Origin: Staphylothermus hellenicus DSM 12710
Lineage (GTDB): Archaea > Thermoproteota > Thermoprotei_A > Sulfolobales > Desulfurococcaceae
DNA length: 32,000 nucleotides
Direction: 5' to 3'
NCBI RefSeq assembly: GCF_000092465.1
Contig: NC_014205.1
Location: 870,001-902,000 of the forward strand
Part shown: positions 24,617 to 32,000 of the stretch, one piece after another
Position numbering within the stretch: position 1 is the first letter of the stretch
Layout of the letters: the number at the start of each line of letters is the position of its first letter
Made by a program: the position numbers and the translations under genes
Notes under the pieces: generated by a model
Told to the model about the DNA's origin: nothing
Seen by the model: the letters and a program-made list of their open reading frames with translations, nothing else
The model's database searches: none

Positions 24617-26833
24617 TTATTTCCTAGGCTCAACCACTACTATTTCGTATTCCTTGAGCTTATCCAGCCATATAAGTGACTGGTTCCCCCTGGTTTTTAT
24701 TTCCAGGTTTTTCTTTGATATGAGTGTATATGCTTTTATATTGTTCATTGTATTCCGTATTTTTATCTCGATACTGCCAATAGGTATTATTTCCCTAGGT
24801 GGATGAACAGCGTCTACGCTAGCATATGGTGGGAGAGGTTGTTTTATTCTACCGATCCCCTTAGCCATTATTCTCTGATTATATGTATGGTTAAGTAAGT
24901 GGATAATTATTCTCTCGCCTTGAACAAATACTTCCGAATGAACAGTTTCCGGAGCATTCACCTGAATATCTGGTTCTCCGCCTAGGTATAACACGCTGTT
25001 CTCAATAAGTTTCTTATATATTGGCAATCCTAGTCTCCAATAATGTCTGCCGAGCCGTCCTGTGAAATACAGTGATTTACCTTTTCCATAATTATTCAAT
25101 ACTATTCCCGGCAACCTGGTTCGAGCAGCTAGTGTAGGGGGTGAGCGGCCGAGAGTGTATTCTTGTCCCCAATCAGTACTTGATATCCCTATGTACCCTA
25201 GAATTTCTCCAGTAACATCATCTAGCATTGCATGCCATCCAACATTAGGCGTTGTCCTATGTGCTATGAATGCATAGCTCATATCTCCCCATAGCACAGT
25301 TTCTGTTTTTATATTATTAAATAATGGATGCTTCTTTCCAAGATCAAGTATTAGATATGTCCACGGCTTCCTCAATACTCCTATGAATCTAGCACCTATA
25401 ACTTCTGGATAATAGAAATCATATCTTCTAATACAGTATTTATCCCGTGTCGATGATAGATACGTTGATAATAGTCTGCCTCCTCTACGGACATATTCTT
25501 TTATAGAGTCGCAGATCTCCTCGCTTAAACACACAGTATTTGGAACAATTAATACTTTATATTTCAATAGATAATCTATGTTCGTAGCATCTTTTTCAGA
25601 GATAAATTCTACAGGTATATGGCTGTGGATCAATGCATAGTACATTCCACGTACTCCATCGATGTATTTCTCAGGATGTTCTCTGCCATAATAATCCCGT
25701 GTATAGTTTGAGACGAGTATGCCGGCGAAACGGTATGGTTCAGTATCTTCTAGGTATTCCTCTATTTCTTCATATTGCTTATACACTTCCCCTATAGCAT
25801 CTAGTGAGGAAGGGTCTTGGAAATAGCTGGTTGAGAAGATTAGTGCCCAAGGAGAGCCTCCTCCAAGAACAGCTTCTCTAAGACCCTGCTTTATCGCTAG
25901 AGGAGTTGTTGACATCACTGTTCTATATAGGTGGAAATAGTTTCTAGAGCTCCACACTGGTTTGCCGCCGCTCATTGCTCGTGTCAGCTTAGTCATTTCA
26001 GTGATAAAGTCTGGTGGTTGATGATCTGCTTCGCTGCACTCAGCGAATACTACATCTATATAGTTCCGTGCTTCTTCTACGACTCGGTTTGTTCTACCAG
26101 CCCATCCTCCTGGATGACTATTGTACATAAATACTTTTCCGGGATCGATCTTTTTAGATAACTCATATAACTCCTTAATTCTTTCAACAACAACCTTATA
26201 TCTCCACTCCCATAATTCTCTCCAACGCTTGTCCAGCCAATTAGGCTCTCTAGGCATCTCATATCCGTGTTCTTCCCTAAACCTTCTACGGCACCATTCA
26301 CAATAACATGCTCTCTCAATGTCTGGTTGATAACGGAAACTATCCAGGAATACACCATCTACTCCCAAGGTATGGGCTTCAACTACTTCTTTCTTAACAT
26401 GCTCTATGAAGGGGCTATTTATACATAGCTGTGGCCATTCAGGCTCATAGTGTTCTATAGAGAAAGGTATGTGTTCTAACACGATTACTTCTCCATTACG
26501 GTTTACCTGTGCCCAATCACTGTGTAAGTGATATAAGTACTTGTTAGCAGTATGACCAACCATTACAACTACTTTAACACCTCTTCTACGCCCCTCCTCA
26601 ACAGCCTCCCTAACAATATCACCAACCATTTTCGGATGCTCTTTCCCAACACTGCCTCCTCGATAAAATATTCTGCCCCAAGGATCTCTTGCGTATATTA
26701 CGAGGACATTGGCGTGAAGCTTTTTCGCTAGTTCAACGAGTTGTTTACCATTTATTTTCGATACATACCTACCATATCGATCCTCTATGTTGAACTGTAT
26801 TACTCTAACAGGTTTCTCCCACCATTTCTTCAA
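24617..26833 (-). CDS. GHL6-like putative glycoside hydrolase with a C-terminal beta-galactosidase-trimerisation-like region
   Basis: 738 aa. The N-terminus (RVIQFNIED...LVELAKKLHANVLVIYARDPWGRIFYRG...HP) resembles the GHL6 TIM-barrel family. The start is TTG. It probably shares an operon with the ROK kinase and the hydrolase upstream. Confidence 0.6.
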   Translation of the reverse strand: MKKWWEKPVRVIQFNIEDRYGRYVSKINGKQLVELAKKLHANVLVIYARDPWGRIFYRGGSVGKEHPKMVGDIVREAVEEGRRRGVKVVVMVGHTANKYLYHLHSDWAQVNRNGEVIVLEHIPFSIEHYEPEWPQLCINSPFIEHVKKEVVEAHTLGVDGVFLDSFRYQPDIERACYCEWCRRRFREEHGYEMPREPNWLDKRWRELWEWRYKVVVERIKELYELSKKIDPGKVFMYNSHPGGWAGRTNRVVEEARNYIDVVFAECSEADHQPPDFITEMTKLTRAMSGGKPVWSSRNYFHLYRTVMSTTPLAIKQGLREAVLGGGSPWALIFSTSYFQDPSSLDAIGEVYKQYEEIEEYLEDTEPYRFAGILVSNYTRDYYGREHPEKYIDGVRGMYYALIHSHIPVEFISEKDATNIDYLLKYKVLIVPNTVCLSEEICDSIKEYVRRGGRLLSTYLSSTRDKYCIRRYDFYYPEVIGARFIGVLRKPWTYLILDLGKKHPLFNNIKTETVLWGDMSYAFIAHRTTPNVGWHAMLDDVTGEILGYIGISSTDWGQEYTLGRSPPTLAARTRLPGIVLNNYGKGKSLYFTGRLGRHYWRLGLPIYKKLIENSVLYLGGEPDIQVNAPETVHSEVFVQGERIIIHLLNHTYNQRIMAKGIGRIKQPLPPYASVDAVHPPREIIPIGSIEIKIRNTMNNIKAYTLISKKNLEIKTRGNQSLIWLDKLKEYEIVVVEPRK

Positions 26834-26900
26834 AGCTCAACAACCCATATACCCAGTATACCTAATTTCAAAGAGGAGTATTAAGGGGTTTTAAATAATT

Positions 26901-27875
26901 TTATTTATAAAAACCTAATATGTCTTCCGGAGGATTAATTGCTGTTGCTAAAGCTCCATATAATACTATGTCTCCGCCGAGAGGCGTTGTCTCTATAATC
27001 GGGGGCTCAGTTACTAAGTGCTTAAGTGCTTTCCTAATAATGGGTTCTTTGAGTATGTCTTGATTATATAGATATATGCTTCCACCAATAGTTACTACTT
27101 CTGGATCGTAGAGGTTTATCGTTGTAGCCAGACCTGCTGCTGAGGCATCAATTATTTCTTCAACAACATATTTTGCGAATAAATCGTTTCTTCTATAGTA
27201 TTCGAATAGTTTTTGAGGAGTTAGTTCTCCCCTCAATGCTTCCTGATACGCTTCTGTCTCAATTAATGGTTTATGCTTCTCAGCTAGGACCCGGGCTGTT
27301 CTGGGAATATTTGCTCCCCCAGCATATGCTTCCCAATGACCGTATCCTCCACAACCACATTTAATATCTGAATCATATTTTACAACAATATGCCCTATCT
27401 CATGTGCATTCCCGTTTTTCCCTAGCAAGAGGTGATTGTTAACAATAGCTCCACCACCAATGCCTGTGCTCATAGTTATATATGCTATGTTGGAATAATT
27501 TCTGCCTAAACCAAAGAATTTCTCTCCCCAAACACCTGCAACTGCATCGTTTAATACATATACAGGCTTCTTCAACCATTCCATCAATGGATCCCTTAGT
27601 TCAAAGGTATGTATGGGTAGATTAGGTGTGTTTACAACTCTTCCCCTCCTCAAATCCAGGGGGCCAATTGTCCCGATCCCTACAGCTTTAATTTGATCAA
27701 TATATTTCCCATAATTCTTCTTGATCTCCTCATATATTTTAACAGCAATACTCAGCTCGTTCCCTTCCCTCGGAGTCCTATAGATTATTTTATGTATTAT
27801 TCCATTCCGAGAACCAATAGCTATCCTAGTATTTGTTGCTCCTATATCAATAGCTAAATAATATTCATTCGCCAA
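26901..27875 (-). CDS. ROK-family sugar kinase (glucokinase or N-acetylglucosamine kinase type)
   Basis: It has the ATP-binding N-terminus LAIDIGATNTRIA and the ROK Zn motif HIVVKYDSDIKCGCGGYGHWEAYAGG. Confidence 0.85.
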   Translation of the reverse strand: MANEYYLAIDIGATNTRIAIGSRNGIIHKIIYRTPREGNELSIAVKIYEEIKKNYGKYIDQIKAVGIGTIGPLDLRRGRVVNTPNLPIHTFELRDPLMEWLKKPVYVLNDAVAGVWGEKFFGLGRNYSNIAYITMSTGIGGGAIVNNHLLLGKNGNAHEIGHIVVKYDSDIKCGCGGYGHWEAYAGGANIPRTARVLAEKHKPLIETEAYQEALRGELTPQKLFEYYRRNDLFAKYVVEEIIDASAAGLATTINLYDPEVVTIGGSIYLYNQDILKEPIIRKALKHLVTEPPIIETTPLGGDIVLYGALATAINPPEDILGFYK

Positions 27876-27916
27876 AACAATAATGCCTCCCCCATAGTGC
27901 TATTTAAACCAATATA

Positions 27917-28522
27917 TTATTCGAGCTTTAATGCTTTATGAAAAGATAATAGGTCATTAATGAATCTATCCGGGTAATCAAGATATGCTGGATGACCTGC
28001 TTTATCATATATTAATAACTCGGCTTCTAGGAGCTGTGAAAGCTTCTCCATTTCTTCACGCTTAACAATTCTATCCCTAGATCCCCAGATTATAATAGTT
28101 GGAACACTCATGGATCTATATTTTCTAACCAGTTCTTCTTCTAAAGCATGAGCAGGAGCTATGAGGAACAAACCTGCCACAGGCTTCTCCAACGCATATC
28201 TTAAACCAATATATCCTCCCAAGCTAGCTCCTACAATTAATGGTTTTAAAGAACCAAATACTCCCCTATAAATTTCGTGGAGAACAAACAGGTTTTCACC
28301 AACACTACGTGTATGAGGACTACATATGCTTCTAGCTCCATAAGGCATATCAATAGCTATAAATGGGATCTTCTCATCCTCGAGCCTGTTCAACACACCT
28401 ATATCTCTCCAAACATCACTTGTAAAACTATAGCCGTGAAGAAAGACTATTGGTAATCCAGAAACATTATTATAGATAATCCTACACCTATACTTTCCAA
28501 CATTATATGATTCCTCGATCAA
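27917..28522 (-). CDS. Alpha/beta-fold hydrolase
   Basis: It has VFLHGYSFTSDVW, the nucleophile elbow GASLGG, and a C-terminal GHPAY histidine. The start is TTG. Confidence 0.8.
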   Translation of the reverse strand: MIEESYNVGKYRCRIIYNNVSGLPIVFLHGYSFTSDVWRDIGVLNRLEDEKIPFIAIDMPYGARSICSPHTRSVGENLFVLHEIYRGVFGSLKPLIVGASLGGYIGLRYALEKPVAGLFLIAPAHALEEELVRKYRSMSVPTIIIWGSRDRIVKREEMEKLSQLLEAELLIYDKAGHPAYLDYPDRFINDLLSFHKALKLE

Positions 28523-28627
28523 GACCTTTCCCCGAATAGAACATGGTTCTCTAAATATATATTTGTATCACAAACTATTTTAATAATACAGAAAAGGGAA
28601 GAGCTATGATTAAATACTGGATAAAAG

Positions 28628-29011
28628 GTGTTTTTATTGACTTTGAAAACATTGTGTGAAGCCGTCTCTAAAAATATTCTACCAGCGATCAGAGCTGTTT
28701 TAGCCAAAATTCTTGTCGAGGAATATGGGTATACACAGATTGAAGCATCAAAAATGCTAGGCGTTAGTCAACCGGCTATAAGCAATTATTTGCTGAGCAA
28801 GAGAGGTAAGAGAGGTGTTCAAGCATTGATGAGCGATGAGAAAATAATGGGTATAATACGTAGAATGGCTCATTACTTGGTTGTGAAGGATTATAGTTCT
28901 TTATCAGATGCTCTAGACATGCTACTATCTTATATTAAGAAGAACGATAAATTATTAGAAGCGCTTATTGGGAGAAATTATAGGGAGATCTTTGGATTAG
29001 AGAAAGAATAA
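28628..29011 (+). CDS. HTH transcriptional regulator (COG2522-like)
   Basis: The sequence ILPAIRAVLAKILVEEYGYTQIEASKMLGVSQPAISNYLLSKRG is a helix-turn-helix. The start is GTG. Confidence 0.7.
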   Translation: MFLLTLKTLCEAVSKNILPAIRAVLAKILVEEYGYTQIEASKMLGVSQPAISNYLLSKRGKRGVQALMSDEKIMGIIRRMAHYLVVKDYSSLSDALDMLLSYIKKNDKLLEALIGRNYREIFGLEKE

Positions 29012-29012
29012 G

Positions 29013-30515
29013 TTATTGTTTTATCTTCCTAAAAAGTATGGGTGCATCAACAATATTGTATCTTTCAATTTCTCCCACAACATATTCTGCTGGATTTCCT
29101 ATGCTGAATCCAAATGCATTGGATATTTTACTAGCAGCTTTGGGTATTATTGGGTAAAGCATTGTAGTTGATGCTCTAACTGTTTCTAGTAGGCTATACA
29201 GTTCTTTTCCAGGATCTATTTTCTCCCATGGCCTTGTCATGTTAACGTATGCATTTGCTTTCCTCAATAGATCCATTACTGTCTGGATAGCTCTTGATAC
29301 ATCATAGGTTTTCATATATTCATTGTATTTATTCAGCGTTTCCATAATACTGGTTGAAAGCTCCTTATTTACCTCCCTCTTATAAACTATTCCGCCAAGT
29401 TTCTTCTTGGCTAGTACACCTATTCTGCGGATAAGGTTGCCCATTGTATCGGCTAGTTCACTATTATATATTGAGTCAAACAATTCAGTTGATACATCAA
29501 CGTCTTTATCCATGTTAAAGACTCTCATTAAAATATATCTTACACCATCACTGTCCTGATACCTATTTATCAGGTCTTCTATAGCTATAACATTGCCTGC
29601 ACTCTTACCTATTTTCAACCCCCTATTAATCAAGAATGCGTGAACCAGTAGTTTCTTAGGCAACTCAATATCTAGTGCTTTAAGTATTGAGAACCATATT
29701 ACTGTGTGGAACCATAAGATATCTTTTCCAATAACATGGTGTACATTTGGCCAGTACTTGTTGAAACGATCCATATCTTCTAAGTAGCCAATACCGCTAA
29801 TATAGTTTAAGAGAGCGTCGAACCATACATAGACCGTATAGTTTTTATCAAAGGGTACCTCTATACCCCACCAAACACGTTCTTTGGGGCGGGCAATTGA
29901 TACATCTCTTAATCCCTCCTTCTCAACTTTGCCGAGAACTTCTAATGCATAGCTTCGAGGATATATTATATCCTTGTTTTTCAAGACATCTATTATGAAA
30001 TCCTCGAATTCGCTGAGTTTGAAATAATATGTTTCCTCCTCTAGCCATTCAAGAGGCTTCTTATGTATAGGACAATATGGTTTTCCATCGATTTCAACAT
30101 ATTCTCCTGGACTATAGAATTTTTCGCAATCTACACAATACCATCCAGCATAGCTTGCCTTATATATTAATCCCTTATCATATAGTTTCTGAATAGCTGT
30201 TTTAACCGTTTTTTCATGGTATTCATCTGTTGTACGTATAAAGTAGTCATAACTTATATCAAGCATTCCCCAATACTTCCTATAAACATCAGCCATTTCA
30301 TCGACAAATTGTTTTGGATGAATCCCTTTCTTCTCCGCAACTCTCTGAAGCTTTAATCCATGCTCATCATTACCAGTTATAAAGAATACTTCATCCCCTA
30401 CAAGCCTATGATATCTTGCCATGACATCGGCGAAAACCGTTGTATAGGCATGCCCAATATGTGGTGGTGCATTTGGGTAATATATTGGTGTTGTTATGTA
30501 AAATATACTCATCAT
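29013..30515 (-). CDS. metG: Methionyl-tRNA synthetase (500 aa; no C-terminal appended tRNA-binding domain evident)
   Basis: It has the HIGH motif (PHIGHAYT), a KMSKS variant (KIGKSAGN), and a Zn knuckle (CVDCEKFY...CPIHKKP). Confidence 0.95.
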   Translation of the reverse strand: MMSIFYITTPIYYPNAPPHIGHAYTTVFADVMARYHRLVGDEVFFITGNDEHGLKLQRVAEKKGIHPKQFVDEMADVYRKYWGMLDISYDYFIRTTDEYHEKTVKTAIQKLYDKGLIYKASYAGWYCVDCEKFYSPGEYVEIDGKPYCPIHKKPLEWLEEETYYFKLSEFEDFIIDVLKNKDIIYPRSYALEVLGKVEKEGLRDVSIARPKERVWWGIEVPFDKNYTVYVWFDALLNYISGIGYLEDMDRFNKYWPNVHHVIGKDILWFHTVIWFSILKALDIELPKKLLVHAFLINRGLKIGKSAGNVIAIEDLINRYQDSDGVRYILMRVFNMDKDVDVSTELFDSIYNSELADTMGNLIRRIGVLAKKKLGGIVYKREVNKELSTSIMETLNKYNEYMKTYDVSRAIQTVMDLLRKANAYVNMTRPWEKIDPGKELYSLLETVRASTTMLYPIIPKAASKISNAFGFSIGNPAEYVVGEIERYNIVDAPILFRKIKQ

Positions 30516-30635
30516 CTATGCCCCTCGACTACGCTCATTATTTATAACTACATTAGTTTTCCTGGTTTTAATCTAGATAATGTATTAGAGAAATATGAAA
30601 TTATCCCTTCAAAAACCTATGTTATTAAAATGTTT

Positions 30636-32000
30636 CTAGGCTTTAATGTATTGTTCAATTCCTTCTTTCAATATCTTCTTAACTTTATGTTTAGCGTATC
30701 TCAAGAACATTTTTAGACCCAGTCTTACCGGGTATAGATATGTTTCTTTCAAGTAGAACTTGTTCATTATATCTTCTGCCCAGTATACTGTGTGCTCGAA
30801 TGTTTTAAGCATTACGTCTATATGTTCTCTTGTAATATGATCTCTTAGGAACCATGTGTTCTTCTTCAAAGCACCCATTGGAACAAAGAACATCGGTATT
30901 ATTACGCTTCTATAAGGTTTTAACCTGTCCATCAACTCCGCTGTTTTAACTAGATCGTCAGGTTTCTCTTCCGGAAGACCAAGTATAATTGTAGCAGCTG
31001 GTATAATTTTGTTTTCATGCATAATCCTAAATGCATCCTCAACTATGTCAGGCCATTTCTCCGCCGGATAAGGCGCTGCTTTAGCAGGCATTATTATTTT
31101 TGCAAGCCTTGGACTGCCTGTTTCAATACCAACTTCTACTCCGAGGAAGCGTCTATGATCGGATAACACATATTCATTCATAAGCTTAGATATAAGTCCA
31201 TACTCGTCTTCAGCATATTTAATAGCTGCTAAGCTTGCATGAGACCATGCAAACTCTTTTTTCTCACCTAATTCTTCAAACACTGTTTTGTGGAGATTAA
31301 TTAGTGGTTCAGGCCTTGGCTTAACACCGTCAGCACCATATAATAGTACGTCTTCGCTATGAAGAATAACGCCTTTAGTTCCCCCGCGGAGATTAATTCT
31401 TATCTCTTCCCTAATTTTCTCCAAAGGAATAAACCTGAGAGGCCTGAGGGTTACACTACAGAATTTGCAGCCGCGCGGGCATCCACGCATAATCTCTATA
31501 AGCCCATTAACGCTTGGAGCCTTAATATTCGGTATCTCCTCGATACTTGGAGCATCTCGTGGACCAACATATATATAGTCAGGTAAAGGCTCATTATTCA
31601 ATGCTTTATCTACAATATCAACAATTACCCTTTCAACTTCTCCATCAATAACTGTGTCAACACCCCATTTCCTCCAAAGCTCCAGCTCCCATAACCACTG
31701 CCAAGCCGCTGGGCCGCCCGCTATTATCTTGACCCCCTTCTCCCTGGCTTTCCTAATAACCGGGCTATTCATGAACCTTTTAAAACTCAACCTGTTAACA
31801 GGTTCTTTACCTGTTAAACTCCACCACTCACTACTTGGAGGCCCATAGGCGAAGTAGTCGTGGTGACCTATCATTAGAATCTTCATAGTATCCAAGTACT
31901 TATGTATATAGTCGGGATCAATTATTGCAGCATTATATCCTTCATCAACAAGTTTTGCCTCAACCTTCCTCATACCATATGGTGCTTCTCTAGGCCTACC
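30636..32000 (-). CDS. Radical SAM protein with an N-terminal B12-binding-like domain; the 5' end lies outside the window
   Basis: It has the CxxxCxxC cluster MRGCPRGCKFCSV. The frame stays open from 31973 to the window edge (GRPREAPYG-MRKVEA). Confidence 0.85.
   Translation of the reverse strand, partial: GRPREAPYGMRKVEAKLVDEGYNAAIIDPDYIHKYLDTMKILMIGHHDYFAYGPPSSEWWSLTGKEPVNRLSFKRFMNSPVIRKAREKGVKIIAGGPAAWQWLWELELWRKWGVDTVIDGEVERVIVDIVDKALNNEPLPDYIYVGPRDAPSIEEIPNIKAPSVNGLIEIMRGCPRGCKFCSVTLRPLRFIPLEKIREEIRINLRGGTKGVILHSEDVLLYGADGVKPRPEPLINLHKTVFEELGEKKEFAWSHASLAAIKYAEDEYGLISKLMNEYVLSDHRRFLGVEVGIETGSPRLAKIIMPAKAAPYPAEKWPDIVEDAFRIMHENKIIPAATIILGLPEEKPDDLVKTAELMDRLKPYRSVIIPMFFVPMGALKKNTWFLRDHITREHIDVMLKTFEHTVYWAEDIMNKFYLKETYLYPVRLGLKMFLRYAKHKVKKILKEGIEQYIKA

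Noticed and set aside
23199-24806. The 87-aa minus ORF 23199-23462, the 63-aa minus ORF 23907-24098 and the 65-aa plus ORF 24609-24806
   Set aside because: They overlap stronger ORFs on the opposite strand and show no motifs.
30360-30716. 118-aa plus-strand ORF across the metG 5' end and the spacer
   Set aside because: It lies antisense to the metG HIGH-motif region, its translation is hydrophobic and low-complexity, and it has no motif.
1-32000. Search by eye for CRISPR arrays, tRNA or rRNA genes and long direct or inverted repeats
   Set aside because: I saw no regularly spaced repeats and no tRNA-like T-arm or acceptor patterns (GGTTCGAATCC-type). The only notable repeat is the coding Thr-rich one at 15035-15226. 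A tRNAscan/Infernal run would be needed for certainty.

Overview
The window looks like chromosome from an AT-rich hyperthermophilic crenarchaeon (an inference from gene content, TATA-like boxes about 25-35 nt upstream of start codons, and many GTG/TTG starts). Organisation from left to right:

- **1-4002:** a dTDP-rhamnose-type nucleotide-sugar operon (rmlC, rmlD, an SDR epimerase/dehydratase, long-form rmlA) that ends in a truncated, catalytically degenerate second rmlC copy.
- **4003-6375:** a low-GC island carrying an orphan 472-aa protein with an N-terminal PD-(D/E)xK-like motif. Next to it I read a decayed IS200/IS605 tnpA.
- **6376-7698:** an NCS1-family permease.
- **7949-12965:** a dense toxin-antitoxin stretch with two intact VapBC pairs, a HEPN/MNT pair, an untracked 48-aa RHH ORF, orphan antitoxins followed by PIN debris, and a membrane-anchored MBL hydrolase.
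- **13103-15334:** a 743-aa surface protein with a Thr-rich stalk.
- **15893-16638:** a second, AT-rich HEPN/MNT pair.
- **16744-28522:** an amino-sugar/glycan neighbourhood (NagA, GlmS-like, GH130-like, Asparaginase_2 Ntn hydrolase, GHL6-like, ROK kinase, alpha/beta hydrolase), interrupted by a methyltransferase, a vapB with a broken vapC, and a SpoIIM-like membrane protein.
- **28628-32000:** an HTH regulator, MetRS and a partial radical SAM gene.

I found no rRNA, tRNA or CRISPR array.

Three observations stand out:

1. **Composition gradient.** There is a strong hand-counted gradient along transcription units. The 5' ends are G+T-rich with G/T-ending codons and the 3' ends are A+C-rich with A/C-ending codons. 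The gradient continues into non-coding DNA.
2. **Degenerate GlmS homolog.** It lacks the Cys1 nucleophile and the Asn98 oxyanion residue, keeps an intact isomerase domain, and sits tail-to-tail with nagA.
3. **Orphan in the tnpB position.** The nuclease-like 472-aa orphan sits where tnpB would be in a decayed IS200/IS605-like element.

All functional calls rest on motif recognition by eye; no searches were run.
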